NCBI GenBank assembly: GCA_951406725.2
Contig: OX597816.1
Location: forward strand, 14,198,001 to 14,262,000
DNA length: 64,000 nt
Direction of reading: 5' to 3'
Source: Octopus vulgaris
Lineage: Eukaryota
Positions within the stretch are counted from its first letter, which is position 1. Each line of letters starts with the position of its first letter. The notes below the pieces were generated by a model. The model searched no databases, was not told where the DNA came from, and saw only the letters and a program-made list of their open reading frames with translations. Of this stretch, positions 11,742 through 23,842 are shown in pieces. The position numbers were made by a program, and so were the translations under genes.

Positions 11742-12222
11742 TGTAGATATATGGATAGATAGATATATAGGTAGGTAAGTAGGTAGGTTGGTAGGTTGGT
11801 AGGTAGGTAGGTTGGTAGGTAGGTTGGTAGGTTGGTAGGTAGGTTGGTAGGTAGGTTGGTAGGTTGGTAGCTACGTAGGTAGGTTGGTAGGTAGGTAGGT
11901 AGGTTGGTTGGTAGGTAGGTTGGTTGGTAGGTAGGTAGGTTGGTATGTAGGTTGGTAGGTTGGTAGGTTGGTAGGTAGGTAGGTAGGTAGGTAGGTAGGT
12001 TGGTAGGTTTGTAGCTACGTAGGTAGGTTGGTAGGTAGGTAGGTAGGTTGGTAGGCAGGTAGGTAGGTTGGTAGGTAGGTAGGTTGGTATGTAGGTTGGT
12101 AGGTTGGTAGGTTGGTAGGTAGGTAGGTAGGTAGGTAGGTAGGTAGGTAGGTAGGTTGGTAGGTAGGTTGGTAAGTAGGTAGGTAGGTAGGTTGGTAGGT
12201 TTGGATGGATGCATAGATAGAT
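11650..12222. repeat. (ATAG)n/(GGTA)n/(GGTT) compound microsatellite
   Basis: Directly visible. It produces the PTYL ORFs. Confidence 0.95.
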
Positions 12223-12688
12223 AGAGTTTAATCTAAACATGGTGAATGACGTGTAGAGAGCCTTGTTGCTAGGTGTTATAATTTATCTCGTTGCGTTTTC
12301 AAATCAATGATTTCTTGTTTAGATTTTCTTTTATATTTTTTCTTATCTGATGGTGGCTCTTGCTGGCGTCGGGTATGTTGCATAGACTAAGTTATATAAT
12401 GAGCAAGAAAATATCTTGAGCAAGGAAATTTGGTACTTATGGTTATCTCACCCCCATTAAAAAATTACCATTAAAAATCTTGGTTACCTCCCCTCTAAGA
12501 AAATGAGTTCATGTGGCGACAAGAGATTGGATTAAGAGTTAGATCCTTTTGATTTAATACTTCAATACGTTAACACTTGGCCTCCTGAATAGGAATGATA
12601 TGATTTTTGTTATAAAAATGTTATTAGATTCAAATAAGTTGTTTAATTTTTTCAGTTTCCCTGTTTATTAAATTTTTCAGCCTTCATA

Positions 12689-12959
12689 CTCTCTTTTACT
12701 CTTTACTCTTTTACTTGTTTCAGTCATTTTGACTGCGGCCATGCTGGAGCACCGCCCTTAGTCGAGCAAATCGATCCCGGGACTTATTCTTTGTAAGCCC
12801 AGTACTTATTCTATCGGTCTCTTTTTGCCAAACCGCTAAGTGACGGGGACGTAAACACACCAGCATCGGTTGTCAAGCAATGCCAGGGGGACAAACACAG
12901 ACATACAAACACACACACACACACACATGTATATATATCTATATCTATCTATCTATCTA

Positions 12960-13014
<55 letters not shown>

Positions 13015-13538
13015 AACGGCAGTTTGTCTGTGCGTTTTCTGTGTGTCTGTTTTTCTCGTACCCTCACTCTGACCACGGCTTTCAACCGATTCTGATGAAA
13101 CTTGACACACACATAGCCCAATGTCATAATTCAAAACTAACGCAGCGAAAATTTTGAAAAGTTCCCCCAGTTCTGAAAAAATCGATAAATTCGACATGGG
13201 GTCGAGAATCAGAAACACAAACCGCAAACTGTCTAGGGGACGTAACTCCACCTTTTTTTACTCTCAAAAAAAATTTACCATCATTTTTTTCCCATTTTTT
13301 GATATTTTTTGGCTATAACTCTCTAAAAATGCTTTATAGTTATTTCCCTTACAAACCTGAGCAACGCCGGGCGATACTGCTAGTATATATATATATATAC
13401 ATATATACGACAGGCTTCTTTCAGTTTCCGTCTACTAAATCCACTCACAAGGCATTGGTCGGCCTGGGGCTATAGCAGAAGACACTTGCCCAAGATGCCA
13501 CGCAGTGGGACTGAACCCGGAACCATGTGGTTGGTTAG
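12689..13538 (-). mobile_element. SINE family A interrupted by a Helitron
   Basis: The tail half (12689-12930) and head half (13384-13538) are separated at the internal (TA)n. Confidence 0.88.
12960..13383 (+). mobile_element. Non-autonomous Helitron
   Basis: 5' TCTATATA..., 3' imperfect GC-rich hairpin CCTGAGCAACGCCGGG (13356-13371), then CTAG|T (13380-13384). No TSD. Confidence 0.8.
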
Positions 13539-13707
13539 TATTTTCTTTTTTTTGTTTTGTTTTATTGAGAGTTAAATAAATTTTTTTAGGTGGGAGAAAT
13601 AACCAAAAGTACCTATATTTTTCATAAAACGTGGTGAGACAATTCAATTTTTTAATGGGGTTGAGATAACCAAAAAGTACCGGGAATTTTCCCGTAAAGT
13701 AAAGTAT

Positions 13708-13932
13708 AGGCGCAGGAGTGGCTGTGTGGTAAGTAGCTTGCTTTGTACTGTCTATATGACAAATTTTATGAAATAAAGTAGCTTGCTTACGAACCACATG
13801 GTTCCCGGTTCATTCCCACTGTTTGACACCTTGGATAGGTGTCTTCTACTAACTATAGCTTCAGGCTGACCAAAGCCTTGTGAGTGGATTTGGTAGACGG
13901 AAACTGAAAGAAGCCCGTCGTATGTATGTATG

Positions 13933-13972
<40 letters not shown>

Positions 13973-14188
13973 CGTGTGCGTATGTGTGTCTTTGTTTGTC
14001 CCCAGCATCGCTTGACAACCGATGGTGGTTTGTTTACGTCCCCGTAACTTAGCGGTTCGGCAAAAGAGAACGATAGAATAAATACTAGGCTTCCAAAGAA
14101 CAAGTCCTGGGGTCGATTTGCTCGACTAAAGGCGATGCTCCAGCATGGCCGCAGTGAAATGACTGAAACAAGTAAAAGAATAAAAGAG
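13708..14188 (+). mobile_element. SINE family A with a short insertion in the head
   Basis: Full copy. AAGTAGCTTGCTT is duplicated around a ~30-bp insert. Confidence 0.88.
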
Positions 14189-14431
14189 TTGATATAATCT
14201 GTTAATGTCTCGTGTGAATTAAGTTTAATTGAATTCCGGCCACATTAGTATCGAGTTGAGAGAAACCTCGTTTAACAATGATTTCAGCAACCAAGCAGAG
14301 ACAAATGGGTTGCCAAATAAGTTCGTTCCCTGCCCCTACCAAAATATGTCCCTACGAATATGTTTGAATCCTTTCCATCTAAATTGACAAGAACATTTTT
14401 TTATGTTTTTATATTTTTCTTTTTTGGTAGC

Positions 14432-14765
14432 AGGCGCAAGCGAGGGCGTTGTTGTAAGAAGTTTGGTTCCCATCAACATGGTTCTGGGTTCAGTCCCATT
14501 GCGTGACACCTTGGGTAAGCGTCTCCTACTTATAGCCTTGGGCCGACCAAAGCCTTGTAGGTGGATTTGGTAGACGGAAACTGAAAGAAGCCCGTTGCAT
14601 ATATGTGTGTGTGTGTATGTGCGCGCGTCCCACAACCGCTTGACAGCCAGTGCTGGTGTGTTTATGCCCCCATAACTTAGCGGCTCAGTAAAAGACACCG
14701 ATAAAGTAAGTAAGCACTGGATTCGATTTATTCAACCAAAGATTCTTCGTGCTCCAGCACGGCCA
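14432..14765 (+). mobile_element. SINE family A, diverged copy
   Basis: Homology to the consensus with many substitutions. Confidence 0.75.
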
Positions 14766-15050
14766 ACACACTTAATCTTTAATGATGGAATAAGGAAAAA
14801 AAGAAAGAGCTAACGAATTTATCTGATGTCGCTAAGTAAGCAATACCGCCACCACCGGACATAGCAGCAACAGCTGCCAATCAAGCATGATCCTGCCCAA
14901 ACACTTGGACCCGGACCTATAACATCACGTGACCTGATTTAACCAATAGAATCCTAACATTTAGAAACCATCTTCCATTTGTCTCATTTACTGTTACTTG
15001 ACCTCCAAACGGCTGACGAGCTGGGATTGTTCTACGAACCTACGAAATTT

Positions 15051-15340
15051 CATCATCATCATTGTTTAACGTCCGCTTTCCATGCTAGCATGGGTTGGAC
15101 GATTTGACTGAGGACTGGCAAACCAGATAGCTGCACCAGGCTCCAATCTTGATCTGGCAGAGTTTCTACAGTTGGATGCCCTTCCTAACACCAACCACTC
15201 CGAGAATGTAGTGGGTGCTTTTACGTGCCACCGGCACGAGGACCAGTCAGGCAGTACTGGCAACGGCTACGCTCAAATGGTGTTTTTTACGTGCCACCTG
15301 CACAGGCGCCAGTCCAGCGGCACTGGCAATGACCTCGCTC
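15051..15340 (-). mobile_element. SINE family E 3' part with (ATG)n tail
   Basis: The minus strand contains GTTGGTGTTAGGAAGGGCATCC and ends GGACGTTAAACAATGATGATG. Duplicated at ~16909-17240. Confidence 0.7.
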
Positions 15341-15563
15341 ACTTGCCCAAGATGCCACGCAGTGGACTGAACCCGGAACCATGTGGTTGGTTAGTATTTT
15401 CTTTTTTTTGTTTTGTTTTATTGAGAGTTAAATAAATTTTTTTAGGTGGGAGAAATAACCAAAAGTACCTATATTTTTCATAAAACGTGGTGAGACAATT
15501 CAATTTTTTAATGGGGTTGAGATAACCAAAAAGTACCGGGAATTTTCCCGTAAAGTAAAGTAT

Positions 15564-15785
15564 AGGCGCAGGAGTGGCTGTGTGGTAAGTAGCTTGCTTT
15601 GTACTGTCTATATGACAAATTTTATGAAATAAAGTAGCTTGCTTACGAACCACATGGTTCCCGGTTCATTCCCACTGTTTGACACCTTGGATAGGTGTCT
15701 TCTACTAACTATAGCTTCAGGCTGACCAAAGCCTTGTGAGTGGATTTGGTAGACGGAAACTGAAAGAAGCCCGTCGTATGTATGT

Positions 15786-15830
<45 letters not shown>

Positions 15831-16046
15831 CGTGTGCGTATGTGTGTCTTTGTTTGTCCCCAGCATCGCTTGACAACCGATGGTGGTTTGTTTACGTCCC
15901 CGTAACTTAGCGGTTCGGCAAAAGAGAACGATAGAATAAATACTAGGCTTCCAAAGAACAAGTCCTGGGGTCGATTTGCTCGACTAAAGGCGATGCTCCA
16001 GCATGGCCGCAGTGAAATGACTGAAACAAGTAAAAGAATAAAAGAG
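15564..16046 (+). mobile_element. SINE family A (duplicate of 13708-14188)
   Basis: Lies within the second tandem unit. Confidence 0.88.
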
Positions 16047-16289
16047 TTGATATAATCTGTTAATGTCTCGTGTGAATTAAGTTTAATTGAATTCCGGCCA
16101 CATTAGTATCGAGTTGAGAGAAACCTCGTTTAACAATGATTTCAGCAACCAAGCAGAGACAAATGGGTTGCCAAATAAGTTCGTTCCCTGCCCCTACCAA
16201 AATATGTCCCTACGAATATGTTTGAATCCTTTCCATCTAAATTGACAAGAACATTTTTTTATGTTTTTATATTTTTCTTTTTTGGTAGC

Positions 16290-16623
16290 AGGCGCAAGCG
16301 AGGGCGTTGTTGTAAGAAGTTTGGTTCCCATCAACATGGTTCTGGGTTCAGTCCCATTGCGTGACACCTTGGGTAAGCGTCTCCTACTTATAGCCTTGGG
16401 CCGACCAAAGCCTTGTAGGTGGATTTGGTAGACGGAAACTGAAAGAAGCCCGTTGCATATATGTGTGTGTGTGTATGTGCGCGCGTCCCACAACCGCTTG
16501 ACAGCCAGTGCTGGTGTGTTTATGCCCCCATAACTTAGCGGCTCAGTAAAAGACACCGATAAAGTAAGTAAGCACTGGATTCGATTTATTCAACCAAAGA
16601 TTCTTCGTGCTCCAGCACGGCCA
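16290..16623 (+). mobile_element. SINE family A, diverged (duplicate of 14432-14765)
   Basis: Lies within the second tandem unit. Confidence 0.75.
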
Positions 16624-16908
16624 ACACACTTAATCTTTAATGATGGAATAAGGAAAAAAAGAAAGAGCTAACGAATTTATCTGATGTCGCTAAGTAAGCA
16701 ATACCGCCACCACCGGACATAGCAGCAACAGCTGCCAATCAAGCATGATCCTGCCCAAACACTTGGACCCGGACCTATAACATCACGTGACCTGATTTAA
16801 CCAATAGAATCCTAACATTTAGAAACCATCTTCCATTTGTCTCATTTACTGTTACTTGACCTCCAAACGGCTGACGAGCTGGGATTGTTCTACGAACCTA
16901 CGAAATTT

Positions 16909-17240
16909 CATCATCATCATTGTTTAACGTCCGCTTTCCATGCTAGCATGGGTTGGACGATTTGACTGAGGACTGGCAAACCAGATAGCTGCACCAGGCT
17001 CCAATCTTGATCTGGCAGAGTTTCTACAGTTGGATGCCCTTCCTAACACCAACCACTCCGAGAATGTAGTGGGTGCTTTTACGTGCCACCGGCACGAGGA
17101 CCAGTCAGGCAGTACTGGCAACGGCTACGCTCAAATGGTGTTTTTTACGTGCCACCTGCACAGGCGCCAGTCCAGCGGCACTGGCAATGACCTCGCTCGA
17201 ATGATTTTTCACGTGCCAACGGCACAAGTGCCAGTAAGCT
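16909..17240 (-). mobile_element. SINE family E 3' part
   Basis: As 15051-15340, extending slightly further. Confidence 0.7.
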
Positions 17241-17680
17241 GCTCTGGAAGCCACTTAGCTGCTCTGGAATGTATATCGATACAGGGTCAAACAATTCACT
17301 AAAAAAAATAGTTCACGAAAAATTAATTTGCGAAGATATCATTAATTTTGTTATTATCCAGTGTAACTATTTCAAAAACTGATAATAACAGAATCAATAA
17401 TATAGGTGATTGCAGGCCACCCCAAAAGCATTAAATAGATGAAGGATTAAAATTAATCAAAGGACATATGTATGATTTCTGTAGCTATCATCAGTGTATT
17501 TTGGTGATTTAAATAAGAGTTTTGATTGCTATTTCCAGCAGGTAAACATACTTAGTATGTCCTTTGATTAATTTATATACATATATATTAGTTACTGACT
17601 TTGATATTCATAATCGCTGAATTTCTTTGCTTTTATAACCAGAAATATGCAGTATTTCGGATATAGGATTTTAAAGGGAG

Positions 17681-17987
17681 GAAGGGCAATGGCCCAGTAG
17701 TTAGGGCAGCAGACTCGCGGTCGGAGGATCGCGGTTTCGATTCCCCGACCAGTCGTTGTGTGTGTTTATTGAGCGAAAACACCTAAAACTACATGAGGCT
17801 CTAGCAGGGGGTGGTGGCGAACCCTGTTGTACTCTTTCGCCCCAACTTTCTCTCACTCTCTCTCTTCCTGTTTCTTGAGTAACGCTGCGATGGACAGGTG
17901 TCACGTCCAGCTGGAGGGAACACATACACCACAGAAACCGGGCCCATGAGCCTGGCTAGGCTTGAAAATGGCGCATAAATAAATAAA
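17681..17987 (+). mobile_element. SINE family C (tRNA-derived)
   Basis: TGGCCCAGTAGTTAGGGC A box and GTTTCGATTCC B box. An imperfect TSD ATTTT.AAGGGAG flanks it. Confidence 0.85.
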
Positions 17988-18067
17988 ATTTTTAAGGGAG
18001 AAAACGTCTATGTAAACTACTAGCACGTTTAGTAAAACGAAAGAAAGAGTGATATTAACATAAGTAT

Positions 18068-18363
18068 ACACGCACGCACCTTCGTTGTGGGGGGGGGTCA
18101 TCTTTACTTTGTTATCTCCCCTACTTCTCCGCTCTCCTGTGTGACCCTTCTGTCCGGCAGTCGCTATGATAGATCGGTAGCCACTACACACATTTTTTTC
18201 TTTTCTTGTCTCTCCCTTTGTTTTTTTCCGTGTTCCTTTCTGTGGAAGAGCGTAGGCTCGAAATGTAAAAGACTTTTTCAATTCCTGAGCGTTATACTAA
18301 TACATCTGTTTGTTTTCTACATCACCTGTCTTCGTCTTTTGCTTCTTTTTTTTTCGTGAACTC
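18068..18363 (+). mobile_element. PLE-type non-coding insertion with 13-bp TSD and degenerate hammerhead
   Basis: TTAACATAAGTAT at 18055-18067 and 18364-18376. Internal motif CTTT-CTGTGGAA-GAGC-gtag-GCTC-GAAA-TG-TA-AAAG. Confidence 0.65.
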
Positions 18364-18534
18364 TTAACATAAGTATGTTCCTTTCACTCTTCGAAGAAGG
18401 ACAAGTGTTCGAAACGATGTATTTCCCACTTCTTGTGGCAAATTGACTCCTTTTCATTTTATTTTCACCAACAAACTTGTATGGACTGATTCTTAGTAAT
18501 GGAGATCATCTTGGCTTCAGGATCAGATCTTTGT

Positions 18535-18831
18535 TGTTGTTCCTTCTCGAGCCATGCCTGGCTCATAAGGGACGGTTTCCTGGTTTCCTTGGCGTATAGG
18601 TTCCCCACCTGGACGGGACGCCGGTCCGTCGCAGGTGAGCTGCAAGATGCAGGAAGAAAGAGTGAAAGTTGTGGCGAAAGGGTCAGCAGAAGTTCGCCAT
18701 TACCTACTGCCGGAGACGCGTGGAACTTAGGTGTTTCGCTCATAAACACACACATCGCCTGGTATGAGATTCGAGCCTGCGATCCCTTGACTGCGAGTCC
18801 GCTGCTCTAACCATTAGGCCATGTACCTCCA
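18535..18831 (-). mobile_element. SINE family C
   Basis: TSD CAGATCTTTGT at 18524-18534 and 18832-18842. (AAC)n tail. Confidence 0.88.
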
Positions 18832-19340
18832 CAGATCTTTGTCCAAAACATCAATGAATCTCTGATTAAAAGCCAGTATTTTAATGAACTTGATTGCAGC
18901 TCGCAAATCTTGCACATCGAAATTTTGTGCACACACAGTGTAGTTTAGTGTGATGAAGCGGAAGTAGCAAAAGAGCTTGGAGAAGTTCAAATATGTTCAT
19001 GCTTCAAACGGATGACAGCTCGTTGTTTCAAGAGCGCAACGTTTGCAGTGTTCCTGGTGCAAAGGAATGTAGACAAGTGTTGGCTGGAAGTAGTTTTACT
19101 AGATTCGCACTTCATGCAGTTGACAGCTCGTAGTCTCAAGGCCGCAGCGTGCCTCAGTTATTCCAATATTTCTATTTTAAAACTTTTCTCCAGTGACAGA
19201 ATATTGCTTGCATATGGCACCACGCGGAGGCTGGAACCATGCCAAACCGACAATGTTACTGTTGATGCTAACACAGCATCACAGACTTGGTAGACACATA
19301 TCTAGATGCCAGAAGGAAGTAATTAGTCCAGCTCGATGCC

Positions 19341-19388
<48 letters not shown>

Positions 19389-19472
19389 CCTTTCTACTAT
19401 AGGCATGTGTTTACGTCCCCGTGCTTTAGTTGTTGCGCAAATGTGACTGACAGAATAAGTACCAGGGTTTTC

Positions 19473-19513
<41 letters not shown>

Positions 19514-20150
19514 GATGCACCACCCAAAGTCAGACGCAGATCATCTTTAACTATCTTGAGCTCAAGGAGGTCGAAGCTTGATCCAATTTGAAATCTACAA
19601 AACCACCACAATTGGACTGGCAAAATATCTTGAAACATCCAACGTCTGGACTCTAAAGCTCGTTGAAAACCATGAAAGACGTAAAACGTTACATTCTGTT
19701 ATGAAGGAAAGCAAAAGATTTTCAAGCGAATTTATGCATAATACCCAGGTTGAACAACATGAGGGAAGTGCAGCAACTGTAGTTGCAAAGAAGGTGAAAT
19801 CAATAGCAAAGCAAAATACGCTTGAACAATTGGCTGATAGGTGGAACCAAAAACCTCTGCATAGCAAATATGTGTGCCGTAGCAAACAAGCTGATGTAGA
19901 CCAGAAGCGCACCCATCGGTGGCTATAGAGCTTAGGGCTAAATGTAGAGAGTGAAGGCTTTATCTTGGTTGCCCAAGACCAGAGCTTATTGACCCGGATC
20001 TATCAAGCCAATGCGCTGAAAAATGATGTAGACCTAAAGAGCCGATACTGCAACGATGGGATAGAAACAGTCGACCACCTAATCTCTGGATGTAAGGTTT
20101 TAACAACCAGTACAATACAAATCAAGCCATGACAGAGTTGGCCAATATCA
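19514..20150 (+). pseudogene. R4/Dong-type RLE LINE fragment following (AAT)n
   Basis: HHPKSD..., W.QKPLH.KY, AQDQ, CxxC..H....C and HDRVGQY motifs, with stops. Closely related to 61660-62875. Confidence 0.85.
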
Positions 20151-20500
20151 TGGTTTCAAACTATCTTCAGCAAATAAAGTATTTTGCTAGGTGAAGCTCT
20201 CATCAGCAGGAAAGCCAAAGATTAGCCCGAGACAATACAGAACATTCCTCGTGCTTACATGTTATAATTTTTTCAAATCCACCGCGCAAATTTTTTTATC
20301 GGCAGCCAATACCGATTTTCTTTCAAAATTAGCCAAAAAAATATTATTAATAAATTTCAGCGTAGTAAAATATTATTTAGAAATGTTTTACCACTGTGAC
20401 CAAGCGTGTAGAAAAACTAGTCGATAGACTATATATTATTCATTATATATACAGTGTACATTTAAACACATAAGAGATGGCCATAATAGGACATCTAAAG
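20151..20500 (-). mobile_element. PLE-type repeat fragment, related to the fold-back at 30979-31370
   Basis: 20380-20480 is homologous to the reverse complement of 31240-31340. A partial HHR core lies on the minus strand at 20154-20206. Confidence 0.5.
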
Positions 20501-20869
20501 ATATATATATATGCAAAAATATACATTTATTTGTGTGTGTGATTTCGAGTCTGTGTTTAGCTCCCAACACAGCTTGTGAATCAGTGTTTGCGTGTTTACG
20601 TCCTCGTAACACTAGCGGTTCGGCAAAAGTTTCCGAAAGAATAAATACCAAGTTTTTTGCAAAAATAAAATAATTAAAAAAATTAATAAATGAATAAAGA
20701 AAGAAAGAAATAAAGAAGCACTAGGATCGATTCGTTCGGCTAAAATTTCTCTTGGCGGTGCCCCACCATGGCCGCAGTCTGACGATCGAAATAAAAGGCG
20801 GATGGACAATAAAAGATTCACATATACAATAAAAGATACACGTTAATATAGTATGTATCGAAGACAACG

Positions 20870-21070
20870 TGTTGGCAGAATCGTTACCACGTCGGGCGAA
20901 ATGCTTAGCGGTATTTCGTCTGACTTCATGTTCTGAGTTCAAATACCGCCGAAGGCGACTGTGTCTTTTATCGTTTCGGAGTCGATAAATTAAGTACCAG
21001 TTACGCACTGAGGTTGATATAATCGACAGGTCTCCTCCCCCAAATTTTCTGGCCTTACGCCTTTAGTTGA
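20870..21070 (+). mobile_element. SINE family B
   Basis: tRNA-like head plus Meta-like domain. Confidence 0.8.
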
Positions 21071-21207
21071 AAGTTATGTCAAACGTATAGGCGAACTGAT
21101 CTAAGTGGATATAACTATAATCAGAACATACAAAAGTTATTTCCCTTGCAAAAAAAAAGTAAAATCACCTATAGAGGTTTTCATGTTACGATAATATCTT
21201 ATCCGGT

Positions 21208-21780
21208 AGAAGGCGGCGAGCTGGTAGAAACGTTACCACGTCGGGCGAAATGTTTAATGGTATTTCGTCTGCCGTTACGTTCTGAGTTCAAATTCCGTCG
21301 AGGTCGACTTTGGCTTTCATCCTTTCGAGGTCGATAAATTAAGTACCAGTTACGCACTGGGGTCAATATAATCGACTTAATCCCTTTGTCTGTCCTTGTT
21401 TGTCCTCTGTGTTTAGCCCCTTGCGGGTAATAAAAAAATAGGTTTTTCGTCTGCCGTTACTTTCTGAGTTCAAATTATGCCGAGGTCGACTTTGGCTTTC
21501 ATCCTTTCGGGGTCGATAAATTAAGTACCATTTACGCACTGGGATCAATATAATCGACTTAATCCCTTTGTCTGTCCTTGTTTGTCCCTTCTGTGTTTAG
21601 CCCCTTGTGGGTTGTATAGAAATACATAGGTATTTCTGAGTTCAACTTCCGCCGAGGTTGAATTTGCCTTTCATCCTTTCGGGGTCGATAAATTAAGTAC
21701 CAGTTGTGTACTGGAGTCGATCTAATCGACTGGCTCTCTCCCCATAATTTCGGGCCTTGTGCCTAGAGTAGAAAAGAATA
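21208..21780 (+). mobile_element. SINE family B tandem array (3 bodies)
   Basis: Bodies restart at GGT(A/T)TTTC at 21259, 21441 and 21629. Confidence 0.88.
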
Positions 21781-22345
21781 TCATATCAGGTAATGTAATG
21801 TTAATTAATGTTATTTAATATTTATTAATGTTACGCCCCAACGTAAGATAAATTTCGAGAAAACTAAGCTTTAGATTAAGGTTATAGGAAGGCGAAACAG
21901 ATCAAAAGAGAAGCAGATATGACTGTATGGTTAAGCGCGCTTTGCAACCACGTGGTTTTGGTTCGATCCCATTGTGCGGCACCTTGGGCAAGTGTCTTTC
22001 ATTACAGTCTCAGATTAACCAATGCCTTGTGGGTGAATTTAATGAACAAAAATTGTGCGGACACCCTTCGTACATACATATATAGATACATACATACATG
22101 CATGCATGCATACACATGTCTGTATGTATGTATGTATGTATGTATGTATGTATGTATGTATGTATGTATGTATGTGTATGTATGCATTTATGTATTTATG
22201 CATGCATGGATGTATGCATGCATGTATGTATGTCATTATTCAGTTTTATTTCAAGATTTCTTATCAATAGAGAAGGAGCCGGTTTCTAACCTAGATCCAA
22301 GATACCTCCATTCGAATTTCAACAACATAAATAAGGTATTTTTGA

Positions 22346-22378
<33 letters not shown>

Positions 22379-22436
22379 TGTATGTATGTATGTATGTATG
22401 TATGTGTGTGTATGTATGTATGTATGTGTGTTATGT

Positions 22437-22830
22437 ACTCTTTACTCTTTTACTCTTTTACTTGTTTCAGTCATTTGACTGCGGCCATGCTGGAGCACCG
22501 CCTTTAATCGAGCAACTCGACCCCGGGACTTATTCTTTTGTAAGCCCAGTACTTATTCTATCGGTCTCTTTTGCCGAACCGCTAAGTAACGGGGACATAA
22601 ACACACCAGCATCGGTTGTCAAGCGATGGTGGAGGGACAAACACAGACACGCAAAAACACACACGCATATATATATATACAACGGGCTTCTTTCAGTTTC
22701 CGTCCACTCACAAGGTTTTGGTCGGCCCGAGACTATAGTAGAAGACACTTGCCCAAGGTGCCACGCAGTGGGACTAGACCCGGAACCATGTGGTTGGTAA
22801 GCAAGCTACTTGCCACACAGCCACTCCTGC
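22437..22830 (-). mobile_element. SINE family A
   Basis: Reverse complement of the consensus, embedded in (ATGT)n. Confidence 0.9.
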
Positions 22831-22831
22831 G

Positions 22832-23290
22832 TTTATGTATGTATGTATGTATGTATGTATGTATGTATGTATGTATGTATGTATGTGTGTATTATGTATG
22901 TATGTATGTATGTATGTATGTATGTATGTATGTATGTATGTGTGTATGTATGTATGTATGTATGTGTGTGTGTATTATGTATGTATGTGTGTGTGTATTA
23001 TGTATGTATGTATGTGTGTGTGTATTATGTATGTATGTATGTATGTGTGTGTGTATTATTATGTATGTATGTATGTATGTATGTGTATGTATGTATGTAT
23101 GTATGTATGTATGTATGCATGTGTGTGTATGTATGTATGTATGTGTATTATATATGTATGTATGTATGTATGTGTGTGTATTATGTATGTATGTATGTGT
23201 GTGTATTATGTATGTATGTATGTATGTATGTATGTATGTATGTATGTATGTATGTATGTATGTATGTGTGTGTGTGTATGTATGTATGTG
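22832..23290. repeat. (ATGT)n/(GT)n microsatellite
   Basis: Directly visible. It produces the MYVC ORFs. Confidence 0.95.
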
Positions 23291-23351
23291 CAGATTTGTA
23301 TGTTTTATGTATGTATTCTCATGTATATAGTTACATAACTAGACATGCTTA

Positions 23352-23388
<37 letters not shown>

Positions 23389-23506
23389 GATAAACTTCTG
23401 GAAAGTTTGCAGACTTTTACCGTCCCAGTGATCGATTGGATCCGTAGTTTTCCTGAAGGTCAGCAACAGTCTTCCTTGGTCACGAGTGGACGGCCCTCAT
23501 CATATA

Positions 23507-23589
<83 letters not shown>

Positions 23590-23800
23590 AGCTGTAAGAT
23601 ATAGTGTATATTTATATTTATATCTATTTATATTTATTTATTTATATCCTCTTATAATGATTATACTTATTGTATTGTATTACTCATTCATGTACGCTGT
23701 TTTGTTATATATTTTTATGTAGTGGTTTAATAAAGTATATGATTGGGCATTATCTGGTAGTTGATGAATGATTTAGATGTATTTCTCCATTTTCTTATTT

Positions 23801-23842
<42 letters not shown>

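Larger units (their letters stand above)
12424..13694. mobile_element. Old MITE/DNA-transposon relic hosting a SINE and a Helitron
   Basis: GGTACTTATGGTTATCTCACCCCCATTAAAAAATT (12432-12466) is inverted relative to 13646-13682. A second subterminal motif also matches (12481-12504 vs ~13580-13604). Confidence 0.55.
13484..17198. repeat. Near-perfect tandem duplication, ~1857-bp unit (13484-15340 / 15341-17198)
   Basis: Identical ORFs recur at offsets of 1856-1858. The only differences I saw were a 1-nt G deletion and microsatellite length changes. Confidence 0.95.

Noticed and set aside
11521-12240. 239-aa PTYL ORF, and all IYIY/HTHT/MYVC/LSIY ORFs
   Set aside because: These are translations of stop-free microsatellites.
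18845-19200. Possible mariner 5' fragment (RAAIKFI on the minus strand)
   Set aside because: The motif is too short and no TIR could be confirmed.
23388-23502. Minus-strand TGATGAGGG...GGAAA..GATC HHR-like fragment between TA tracts
   Set aside because: The core is truncated and stem II does not close cleanly.
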